Source: Phoronis australis (lineage: Eukaryota > Animalia > Phoronida). From it: 64,000 nucleotides of DNA. Positions 53,309-64,000 of the stretch are shown here, in pieces (position 1 is the stretch's first letter; each line of letters starts with the position of its first letter). The stretch lies in NCBI GenBank assembly GCA_002633005.1, contig NMRA01000261.1, positions 124,001 through 188,000 on the forward strand, given 5' to 3'. The notes beneath the pieces were generated by a model. The model was given only the letters and a program-made list of their open reading frames with translations, was not told the DNA's origin and searched no databases. The translations under genes were made by a program, and so were the position numbers.

Positions 53309-53334
53309 ATAGCAACGTGGCTGCTGTAACCTAC

Positions 53335-53443
53335 CGTTCCCGCGCCAGTTCCAAATTCTTTTTCCTGTACATATTAACGACAGCTTTCACCTGGGCTGCA
53401 TACTGCTCGTGAACAGTGGACATTTTCTGTGTAAACTCAGCGA
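53335..53443 (-). CDS. F-BAR exon 2 (VAEFTQKMSTVHEQYAAQVKAVVNMYRKKNLELARER)
   Basis: ttgttcttacag acceptor, CG|gtaggt donor, 109 nt, phase 1 to 2; EQYA resembles the F-BAR E-x-x-Y-A motif. Confidence 0.9.
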
Positions 53444-56400
53444 CTGTAAGAACAAAATATTTTAGTACCACAGGCACTTGAATCTAATAAGGCATGTTGA
53501 AGTACAAGTGCCTGTGCACTGTAAAGCCATGACAAAGTACACAGAAGGTATTCCTAATAGTAACCTGATTGAGTATGGATGAAGCAGCTGTCAATGTAAA
53601 AAGATTTTAAGAGTTGTACATATTTACTACTATAAAATGCTTGGAAAATTGAGAATTATTGTAATGAATAAATTTTTTTTTTTATTTTATTTTATTTCAT
53701 TTTATTTTATTTTAGAAAACTTTACTATTGTCAAAATTCTTCAGCTCATCGTATGACTCAATAAAATTCATTAACATAAAATTTTATTAGATGGTTCAAC
53801 AAGTGTGCAAACAAAAGACTATCAGATAGCTAAAGAATTGCATAAACACAAAAAAAACGTTATCCCACTCGTACCATGGTGCAAAGCTGTCAGAAAACTA
53901 CAACCGCTGAAACTTTCACGACTTTAAGTCCTTGGAATATTGATATCGTAGAATACTGATGCAACTAAATGGCATCTTGAATATGACTGATTGATCTAAT
54001 TGGGACTGGGAAGTTATACACTATGCAATAAAGCATATAAGGAAGTAGATTATTGAGGAATTTCAAGTAATTTGGCAAAGCCGACATTTCAAATGTCTTA
54101 TGGTGACAAGTGAAGATTTTCCATCAGGGAATAGACTTGAAAAGACTTGAGGGTACGAGATAAGTGTGAATTATTCTTTTTAGCACAAAATGTAAATTGT
54201 TTAGAGATTCCAAACCCAGGTGGCAATGTGGACGAACGGACAAGTGTTGTAGATTAAGTTAATGTCAGAGCTAAAACCAAAACAAAACAAAAATAAAAAA
54301 TAACGTGTTGTTGTCTTCAAGGGGACCTAAAATATGAGCATATTGTAATGTTGAAACACCAACTGTCTGAGGCATTCTTTTCTTGGGCTATAAACTCTAC
54401 CTCAAACATCAGAAGCAGCGAGGTTTGTTCAGGGAGTGACAATGCCTTCCAATGAGGAAAAAGCTCATGCTAGGAGTAATCCGATGACAAGAATGGTCAA
54501 TAAAATTCATTCATCAGTTAACAAGATTAATCAAGCAGCTTTCATCTCAACATTCTGGCTGACACTAAACCAGATTTTCAACTATTTGAACCACTGGATC
54601 GTGCGACAAAAGACTAAGTTGTCCGAAAGCTGAACTTCATTAATCAACCTACAAGATTATGTAAACATAAAAAAGTTTAAACTTTTACAAAAGCAGCAAA
54701 GTCAGTACAAAGGCGGATTGAAAAACAGAAGACACAAAATACTGTTATTGCTTTGCACTAAACCTCCTGCTTGTGGACTAGCTAACAAACTTGCACAATA
54801 CCAACATTATCTCCTTATGGCTTATTGGCAAGGGTATACATGGGTAATTCTACACTTATTTCATACAAAAATAATTACCATAATGGTACCAGCTTTCCAT
54901 TTTGTAATATCTCATTACGTGTTTTAAAACAAAAGGGCCTTCAGCAAATACTGCTTTATATGACATCTACACACTGCACACCATGTCTGTAATGGACTAA
55001 ATGTCCTTAATCTTACTTTTGTGGAGAAATTTAAGAAAATAATCTTTCACCTGTCATCTATGTTGTGTGCTGATTACGTGAAGAGTTACTGTATATTTCT
55101 CAAACAAAAAATTGTCTTTGTTCACAGAATAAATAAAATATTGACAGCAAAAAAACATCCAGACTTGAACATGTTCTTTTGCGACAATGGCGCCATTTTA
55201 TTGTGACTGGAGAAAACTACATGGAACACGCACGTCATCTAGCGCAACTTATTCTCATACGGTAGAATTTGAAAGAGTTGAAAACGTGCAAAACCGTGGT
55301 GTGATTGTTCTCATTCCTACACTTGGCAACACTTCAGATACGTTGGATTTTGCATGTGGAGAATTTCTCACTTACACTGGTCAGCGCTCTGATTCCCTAA
55401 ACCCCAGATAACTTTTATGATGCCTATTCAGCACGCCCTTTAAATTGATGTAGACCTGAGCTAATGAAGTGGAAAGGTAATAGCTAACACTACTTTCTTA
55501 ACAATGGTGGTCATTACTACACCCAAATTGTTTTTCTCTGGCATTTGCACAGAGTTAAAGTCTGCAATGTTGAGAGCAGTTTTAACTTGGGACATTTTAA
55601 ATATTACAAAAAGACTAAAAAGTTAATTTGCGTTGATCTTGACAAAGGGCCACTTCCCAAAGGAACGTTGGTTTTAAATATGTTTCACACATTTTTTCAT
55701 TACTTTATTTTAATACTCCTGTCTACTTGTCTTTTTTACTGGTTAGGGTTGCTATCTTTTTATTTTGTGTTTAAACGAAGTATCAAAACAACTTAGAAGT
55801 CAGTTAATTGTGAACCTATACCTGAATTTTCCAGATGACGTATAGCTACACCAAACATGTCACAGCAAACAAAACTACATGTGCCCTTAGTTCAAGTTCA
55901 ATCTTTATTAGAACGCAAATCATAAAATATATACAAAAGTGCAAATGTGGTGATAGCAAACTGAATATTTGGAACCTCTGGACAATTTTGGTTGCACAAA
56001 TAGCAGTTTTCCAGTTGTTTACTACTCCTGGAGTAAAGCAGTTTGCCATGCACTGGACCATAAGCAAGGTTTTAAAAGTTATTGACATCTAATTTAGTCA
56101 CTGTGTGTTGTTTATAGATGTTTCAATGTAGCTTAGTTGTATATTAAAAGAATAATTCACGTGACATTGTTAACTCTGATCAGCATTTGTAAATCGCTGA
56201 GTATATCAATACGCAGTCGTTTATCTTCAATCGTACCCAATGTTCGTAGTTTTTAGCTTAACAGTTCATCGATTTTTAAAAATCGAAAACCAATCTTGGT
56301 TGTTTTTTCCATCTGAATACAGCTGTGGTATTTGTTTTTAACGAAAACTATTGGTTAATGCATGTTGAAAATTCACCAATATGTAAAGGCAGAGATGTTA

Positions 56401-56850
56401 ACTATAGTTTATGGTCTGATACTTTCACTTAATTGGGTCTTGCTCACACCGACTCTGACGCCGCGCTCTCTTTGATCAAAGTAAAAGCTGCTCAGAAGGA
56501 CGAGCGGTGAAAAGTCATGCATATCTTTAGAAATGCGTGACTTTCGTGAAAGCGTATTATTCACGGCATGGTCATACTCAGATAGCAATCTCAGTCCAGT
56601 TGTATGCCAGTTTTACTCGCGTGTAACTTGTCCTTCCTGATGGCCTAAAGCTCACATTGAAGAACAACCACACACTCTGCCAACAACATTCACTTTGGAT
56701 TTTCCTGTTTTGATATGACCCTAGTTCCACATTTCTCACACACATTTTACAAACCTGTGAGGACATAACTGGCATACAATTTCTTTAAAAAGAACTGTGA
56801 CAGTTACACAGTGGAGCCTGGTGTGCACCAGTCATGTGACTGCTACTCAC

Positions 56851-56947
56851 CCATTTTGACCAGTTTGAACGTAACAGTCATGTGTCCCTTGAGAGGCTCC
56901 AACATGGCAGGTTGACTTAAGTCCCTGTAGCAGTACTTCATTGACAT
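56851..56947 (-). CDS. F-BAR/STAC-like adaptor gene, probable first coding exon (MSMKYCYRDLSQPAMLEPLKGHMTVTFKLVKM-)
   Basis: ctgcag acceptor 2 nt before the ATG; donor G|gtgagt (phase 1) joins in frame to the 53443 exon; resembles an F-BAR N-terminus (M...DL...L). Confidence 0.8.
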
Positions 56948-57149
56948 GTCTGCAGAGCTTGGGCGCACAGTAGGCAACGCTGAAACAACAACATTACACA
57001 AGTTAAAGACATAACAAATTACACATTCAGAGATGTTTTTGAACATCCAAATATTACATCCCAAATCTGAACTCTTTCACAAAGGTTATAAGTTTTTCAA
57101 AACGATAAGTCTCTAACACACTTATGAGTGAGGACAGACCTAATAAAGA

Positions 57150-58105
57150 ACGAGAGCGCTCTGAGGAATGAACATTGGTGGACTTGAAGAAGATAACTTA
57201 GAGCAGAAGTCGACAAAACCAAGACTATACCGTCAACGACAACGACTCCAACGTACAGTAAATGATAAAACCATTAAAAGCATATTGAGGAATCCGTCAA
57301 TATAAGAGCAGTCATCAGAAAATCTTTAGTAGCTCGAGAACGCTAAGCCGTAGCAAGAAACCAATAATACACTTCAGAAAGTGTTTGGGGAGATCTATTT
57401 ACATATTAAATTTCAGAAAATTGCGTCAAAAGATTCCGGAGCTAGAGCTCCACAAAGGATTATTAAAAAAAATGACTGTCACAGCACCACCTTGTATCCC
57501 ATTTCACCTGATAAACATAATCCTCTGAACTATTGACAAGATAAAAAATTACATTTAAATTCAGCGTAACTCAGACAAAAAATGTAACAAATGCAATGGA
57601 CCAAAAAAGTGCAGCGAGGAATAAGTCAATAAAAATACAGTCATCTGATCAATTCTCAAATATCTTGAGAACAGTAAGTCGTAGTGAGAAATGGGTTTCA
57701 CGTGGCCGACAGTGCTTGATGCGTTCTATCCACATTCCAAATTTCCGACAGATCCGTGGTGGGACGCCAGAGATACAGCAAAAAACTTAATAACTACAAG
57801 CAGTCCTTGAAAAATCTCCACTAACTTGAAAGCCGTAAGTTGTGTAACCAAATAGACGGTGGCACAATGCCGATAGTGCTTGATGAGGTCTATTCACATA
57901 CCAAATTTCAAAAAGATCCATTCAGAGATGCTGGAAATACCACTCAGCAGAGTGAAAATTTGAAAAATGCACGTCACAGCTCCACTCACTTTGGATACAT
58001 TTTCAGTAAAACATTAGGTCACAATATTTTAATGAGATACAGGTTTTTTTTTAATTTCATGTCATTCAGACAAAAAATATGACTTGTAGCATGCGTATAA
58101 ATAAA
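57150..58105 (+). mobile_element. Diverged HINE-like dispersed element
   Basis: aacgagagcgc start, recurring tctattcacat.ccaaatttca units, atgcgtataaataaaaa end. Confidence 0.45.
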
Positions 58106-59449
58106 AAAAAACAAATGAACGTTACGACAAAGTAATAACTTGGAGATAAATTTCATTTCAATAACTAATTCACAATACATAACTGCCTCATAAAACCTGT
58201 CAACTGGTGTCAGTAATACAATTTTATGTCGAATGTCAAATCAAATATGAACAAAGATCTGAACCTTGTAGATCCATAACAGGGCTCAAAATCCCAGAGT
58301 ATGAATCTTGTGGCAGAAATCGGAGGGTGCCCATACATAACGTGTAAACATGTATTGATTGTCCACCTTAATCCCTAAGGTAAGAAGAGCATGAGACTGC
58401 ACAGGATACCGGGCCCCGAAGAGATGGAATGATCAGGCCCAAGAGGGAATGGTCATTACTGAGCATCCCAAAAACCCTGAGCGGGCGATCTAAAGTTTTC
58501 CACCGGTCACTTGGTCAGTCTGCTGGTACCGGTCCTTAGATTTAGATAATCCGTATTTTCATTTCCCATTTGCCTACTACATGCCACTTGCATAAGCCAG
58601 CACTTTTGCTAGCCCACATATAGCATTTACCTGTTTAGGCAGCCTGATTTTATGTTTGGCAACCTGGGAATTTTGTCTGGTTGCATTTGGCAAGGTGACA
58701 TTGTGTTAAGCGTCGAGGCCTGCGTAAGAAAGGACCATCACAAATAATGTAAGATTTTTCCAAAATTGAAAAGGTCATATATCTTATGAGCAAAGGTACT
58801 GAAAACTGTACACACATTCTGCAGACCACCTTGCATTAATTTCTTTTTACACATACATAGCATAGGAAACAACAGGCAACTCGTATAAAATGCCTTCTTC
58901 ATAATTTATCGATAATTTCAACCTACACATTTTCCATAGCATAAGTCCGTATTCACTTAATGTAATCAAAGGTTCACTCCCCCACACATACATAACAGCT
59001 AGACCAATATTTATGGAACGGAAATGGCTTTCCAGCACTGAGCACAATTCAGTCACTGTGAGCGGTGGAATGATTACACATTTGCATGCTTGAGTATTGT
59101 CACAATTGTATCACAAACGAAACAAAAGGAAGCAAATGATGGAAAATCATTACAAGTAATGGTATTGATGGCTGGTATACATGCTCCAGATTGTTAAATA
59201 GAGAATGACACTACAATCCCTTGCCACTATACACAGCAAAATAATCAGTTTAGGGTGAGAAATGGCAGAAAAGGGATATTTTATTTAGTGAAATATTTTA
59301 TTTAGAAAGTTTCACTTGATCCAACACGGTGCGTGTTGCACAGCTGCCATGATCAGACATTGCCTGGCAGATTTTTTGCTCAATGAAACACAGAAAAATA
59401 ACAACTCGAGCCATTATTTTTGTCCCAAATGGTCAATTTTACTGCAGAT

Positions 59450-59679
59450 GGGTCCCGTTCCAAGAAAACTGACTTATCTTAGACAAATCTTAAATGTAAG
59501 ACAATTTTAAGATAAAACTTCAGTTTGTCTGAAGTCTGTTCCAAGAAAGGGATTTTTTGTTTGACTTAGACTTTTGATGTAAGTTTTGTTTAAATTTTGA
59601 ATAACTTACGTTTGTAAGTTGAGATAAATCTTAGAATTAAGAAAAAATGAACTTATGTCAGTTTCTTGGAACAGGCCCC
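59450..59679. mobile_element. Harbinger-like MITE (~230 bp)
   Basis: TIRs gggtcccgttccaagaaaactgac / gtcagtttcttggaacaggcccc. Confidence 0.75.
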
Positions 59680-61319
59680 AGGTCCCTGGACTGTAGTTGT
59701 AGTAGAATTCACATGCAGTAAATATCAGAAAGGTCCTAACAACTCCTGTTGTTTTCAGCACGACCGATGAAAATCAAAGTAAGGTATCATGATATCACCT
59801 TTACCAAGAGAATTTAATACCCAATGACGACAGTAGGTAATAACAAAAATGGTACAACGTACAGAAATACTATAATTCATCCCCCAATACAAGCCTGAAT
59901 CATAAATAACCAGGTAATAACCAGTACAGATGCCTAAGTATTCGCCATGGGAGACAATGACTTGGCCGGAAGGCTTGATTGGTATACTGGTGCGATGTTC
60001 TATAAAAGACGCTTATGCATGATATGTGACTGATCCAGTCTGCACCACATTAAAAAGGGATGACCAACATGAAGCACAGTGGAAGGGGAATATTTTTCCT
60101 TTTGTTTTGCAAGTTAAATAGATTATTACATGTTCCCATACCTAGACCCTCGTGGGATTTGAAGGAATAATGCCTCCATATCCCACCCGGGGTGACAGGA
60201 AATAACTGACTTCCCAAGCAATAATCTATTACATTTCTATTTAACATTCAATATGGCACAGAAGTGAACGTTCGAGTTGGTCAAACTTCATGATTGCAGA
60301 TTATACACTAATTCTTCACTCATTTTGCACATGAAACAGCAGGCAAAATTACCAATCTTATTTTTCAAAGGCTGATAACTAACCTGCAGCAAAATGTTGT
60401 TTCACAACATCTACACAGCATAAACGAAGTTAAAGATGAAAAAATGTATATATCATTCAGGACATATGTCGATCATAAAATTTTTTGACAAAATAACGTT
60501 TCACTCCATTTGCCATATTATGTGTTTATATGTGATGAATTACTTTAATTCCACAAAATTAAGAATCTACATCATTATATCCAATGGTTATACTTAACAG
60601 TGGTCATAAAACAACGCCTTTCATTTGTAATATGGAAATGCTCCTTTAACAAATATGAAAAATGTTGAATTTGTCAACCTATGTTATGCAAAACCATAAT
60701 AGCAATAAACGCTCTACATTCTGCATATACTACACATATTATTGCACAAGTGTACACACTGTATTATACTAAAAGTTAGGAATATCATATCGAGGTTCTA
60801 ATATGTTGTTTTTGCTATTTAACTTTCTATTATACTGCACACCAGCACCTGATAACAAATAGCATTCCAGTCTCTCTGCACACCTGTATACACCATCACT
60901 GTCAGTCTCAATGATGGGAAGCTATAATTTCTCCTCTGACTGATTGCCTGAATGAAATACTAGCCAGCGTTAATTATAACAACAATAGTTCAGTGACAGT
61001 GAGTTCTGCGTTTAGGTGGATTAGTAATTTTCAACTTCAAATGCATTAGCTCATTTGCCTTCTCAAGAAGTGTTATTCATTTAGGACCAGACTGACGCGC
61101 CCACGGATATGCAGTTGAAATAAACAGGCTTTTAATTAGTACATATACTTCCTACATCCTCATCAGAAGTTTTTAAGAGAGAATAAATCACCAACATGGT
61201 TTGAACTAACTACAGCAAAACTGTGGCCACTACTACATATAAAGTTACTGAAACAGTCATTAGGCAAATCTTACGTTGACAAGATTTGCACAGAAGTGAA
61301 CAAGAAAGCACGCACTGTT

Positions 61320-61640
61320 TACCCCAGAGTATTCAGTGAAGTCCTCAACACTTCAAAGGCTTGATGGCACCGTCATGGAGGAAGCTACTCACTATTGGAC
61401 TTGGCTGAATGTGCTGGATGAGATAATTGTGGTCGTAAACCAACAAGCCTGTTTAACATAGTCTCAAAGTCAAAAACAGAACAACAAATAAGGAAAGAGA
61501 CCATCGGGACTGTTTTTAAAGTTGAAAAGTAAATAAATTTTTAAAACTGCGGCACTATAAGAGAAATAAATTTATTCTGATTAATTTGCGAATCAATTAG
61601 GACGGGTTAGTTAGTCTGACTTAGGCTCGCTTAAGCAGGT
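61320..61640 (+). repeat. Dispersed repeat family D, copy 2
   Basis: Homologous to 19170-19532. Confidence 0.75.
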
Positions 61641-61857
61641 AACAAAACCCCAAATATCACCGTAGAATATATCTAGTGTATAAACAAACACTTGAAAACC
61701 TTGAAGATAATGTCACAATATCTGTAATACAAGTTACTTTGCTCAACTCCTCATTCTCCAGAAGCAATGACTTAGTGTGCTGTTATTTTGACCAGTTTAA
61801 TGCTCTGGGGTTTTATTTGTTAAGTAAACCTTAGTAACACAAATGATCATTAAAGGT

Positions 61858-62198
61858 TCAGTCACTATGGGCTCCTCAGTCATTATAGGCTCACCAGTAA
61901 TTATAGGCTGTCATTATAGGTTCATTGGTCATTACAGACACTTCCATCATCATAAGGTGCCATTATAGTCTCCTCAGTCATTACAGGCTCTTAGGCTCCT
62001 TGATCAGTATAGGTTCCTCAGTCATGATAAGCTGTCATTATAAGTTTCTGTCATTACAGGCTCCTCGGTCATTATATGCTGTCATTATAGGCTCCCCAGT
62101 CATTGCGGAATGACCTGTCATTATAGGCTCTTCAGTGATTATAGGCTCCTCAGGCATGATAAGCTGTCATTATAGGCTCCTCAGTACTTATAGGCTCT
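61858..62198. repeat. Mixed ~13/18-bp tandem repeat (gtcattataggct[cctca])
   Basis: About 20 visible degenerate copies. Confidence 0.9.
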
Positions 62199-62289
62199 GG
62201 TACTTTGATCGCACAGAGTAAATCTCCATACAGGGTCATATCATGTATCATTAGTACAGAGATGCCAACTTTCATTGCCAGAAATACAA

Positions 62290-62560
62290 CTCACAGAAAA
62301 GAACTGGTTCTCCATCCTCAGCTTTATCTGAACACGCCCAGGAATCAGGACATCCAATCGAATTGGGAGTTTGTCAACGTTATTGACAGTGAGAGCTCTT
62401 ATTTTCCCAAAAAGATCAGGGAAGCCAATAGATTAGACGGCATAACACCTCTATTAATAGGGATGGTGGGGAAGAGTTACCCCCATCTATAACAGGCTAA
62501 TCGTTAGTTATGAAGTGCCATCTGGCGGAAACTCAAACAACGATCGTCATTCTGAGGACA
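62290..62560 (+). pseudogene. Penelope-like element 3' remnant (GIY-YIG endonuclease C-terminus, frameshifted)
   Basis: Stitched frames read SSALSEHAQESGHPI(D)WEFVNVIDSESSYFPKKIREA..IRRHNTSINRDGG..LP.IYN, the typical PLE GIY-YIG tail, followed by a ctgagga motif. Confidence 0.8.
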
Positions 62561-62570
62561 AAAGTCTTAA

Positions 62571-64000
62571 AAGCGAAGGCAACCTTTTTTCATGTCATTT
62601 TTAGCAAAAATAAGGTTCGTTGGTTATCCCAAACATATTTTTCAATTAATTACAGCTTTTCGTAATTTGATTACTTACTCGTGCTCTACTCCGGAAGTGA
62701 CATTTTGGGAGGCAAGAATTTCGCGCCAATTTCTTTTCATATAGTCTGACTGTGAGATGTCGAGTCAGTCATTGTTCTACCGCGGTTGTGGTAAGTTCGG
62801 TCGTCGTTTGCTTTTGTTTACAAAGTCAGACAACATGCCACACTGTTGCTGCGTACCGGGATGTACTCATTATCGTCTCACACGCGCTTTGGGAATACCA
62901 GGCTTTGTATCGCTTTCCAAAGGATGACACACTTCGCCGAACTTGGCTCGCTCGTGTGAAGAACGCAGCGTTACCCGTCAACGCAACGTTCAAAGCAGTG
63001 GACGGTTACCGAGTGTGTGGCAAGCATTTTCTGCCGTCAGATTACGAGAGGGATATGTACACTGAATTGATAAAGGTCCCTGCGAAACAACTTCTGAAGA
63101 AGGGTGCGATACCGTAGCTGTTGATTACCGGCAGTGCTCCGTCGCCACCCCCGAAAAGTGCGTTTTTGAAGCGAGGCTTGCGATCTATGGCCACCACAGT
63201 GACTGGCGGCACTTCATCTACTGTCACCCGTGCCTCCAAAGTTACAGAGCGTGCAATTCTGGGAACTAGCAGTGATTCGCCCTGTGCTGTTGTTTCTAAC
63301 ACAGAGCCTGTGAGCAGCCCTGCAGCAATGTTGAGTTGTGGGAGTGAATACAGGCCCAGTTTGACACCCAGTGAAGAGGACAGTTCGTCATCCTACGAAC
63401 AGATTCGTGAGCCAAACTTTGATAAGTTTATTGTGGATTTGTCTAATTGGAGCTATTTAGAAAGTGCCAGGTGTGTGGCGAGGGAGTCACATTGCGGGAT
63501 GTAAGCATTTTGGGTGCTCAGGTCACCATCCAGTGGGAGCGTGTTGCGGGACACTGGGGCAAGTGGGACAGTTGTGGCTGTGCATACTCTGCCTCATTAT
63601 ACTGGGGCTCAAACATACAAGGTATACCCACCCACTGACTGTCAGTGAAAAAATTCCTCGTCACCACTGCTATATGAATAATGCCTCCGTTACTCACGTC
63701 ACTACGTACTGTCAATGTGGGTCGCCGACTCCAGTCATTTTCAGATTAATACAAACTAAAGAATCCCTAAATCCAACGTATTTGGGTTCTCTAACAACCT
63801 AGTTTGTCGTAGAAAACTCGTCGATGGGAAGTGGTGACGACAATTTTAGAAAAACAGCCCGAAAACAAAAGTAGTACAGATCATCACACTGCACTCAACA
63901 CAGAGCCAAATTGGTGCGAAATTCTTGCCTCCCAAAACGTCACTTCTGGAGTAGAGGACGAGTAATTAATTAAATTATGAAAAATTACAATTAAGTGTGA
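62571..64000 (+). mobile_element. Internally deleted Kolobok-like DNA transposon (right end outside the window)
   Basis: ~87-bp inverted repeat 62646-62732 vs 63908-63995; TTAA at 62567-62570; THAP transposase remnant on + and convergent accessory-ORF remnant on -. Confidence 0.7.
62835..63575 (+). pseudogene. THAP-domain transposase N-terminus, disrupted
   Basis: MPHCCCVPGC / frameshift / LYRFPKD..RRTWL..VCGKHF..DY..LLKKGAIP* (C2CH THAP), then KFIVD / LELFRKCQVCG..GAQVTIQW...GH...WDS; at least 2 frameshifts and 1 in-frame stop; no DDE domain. Confidence 0.85.

Noticed and set aside
52947-53315. Repetitive ORFs (MRYCPTV / AISHHCR / YSDEILP) and a CRISPR-like look
   Set aside because: Head-to-tail 21-bp minisatellite with no unique spacers and no cas genes; open frames follow trivially from a unit length divisible by 3.
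46052-56947. Assignment as FER/FES tyrosine kinase
   Set aside because: The F-BAR and FX-like parts resemble FER, but no SH2 or kinase exons follow in 45 kb and the downstream motifs look STAC-like; no gene symbol assigned.
62752-63117. Functional host THAP gene
   Set aside because: The real THAP start (MPHCCCVPGC, 62835) is out of frame with the rest, there is an in-frame stop, and it lies between transposon-type inverted repeats.
1-64000. tRNA, rRNA, CRISPR arrays, prokaryotic operons or defence systems
   Set aside because: None recognised; the sequence shows spliceosomal exon-intron structure and eukaryotic transposons throughout.

Overview
AT-rich, repeat-laden, intron-rich animal genomic DNA. 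It looks like a marine invertebrate, but the species cannot be determined from sequence alone. It is not prokaryotic, and most ORF-track entries are spurious. The window is dominated by one large spliced minus-strand gene (start codon about 56947, running off the left edge). Seven phase-compatible GT-AG exons (56947 to 46052) assemble into about 335 aa: an N-terminal F-BAR domain plus a coiled-coil extension. Further exons follow at 29.6, 27.5, 26.2 and 25.1 kb, then a series of symmetric phase-1 exons (10.4, 6.8, 4.9, 1.6 kb) that each carry a related basic 'RR..L..KSxSxD' motif. My best inference is an invertebrate F-BAR-containing STAC-like adaptor whose C1/SH3 exons lie outside the window; one linking exon (phase 2 to 0) was not confidently found. 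Introns and flanks contain pogo/Tc1-mariner-type non-autonomous elements, Harbinger-like and CACTA-like MITEs, a Helentron/HINE-like dispersed family carrying periodic CTCF-like motifs, minisatellites that abut or span splice sites, a Penelope GIY-YIG remnant and an internally deleted Kolobok-like THAP element. There is also one 483-N gap and a probable assembly duplication. All calls were made by eye, with no database searches.
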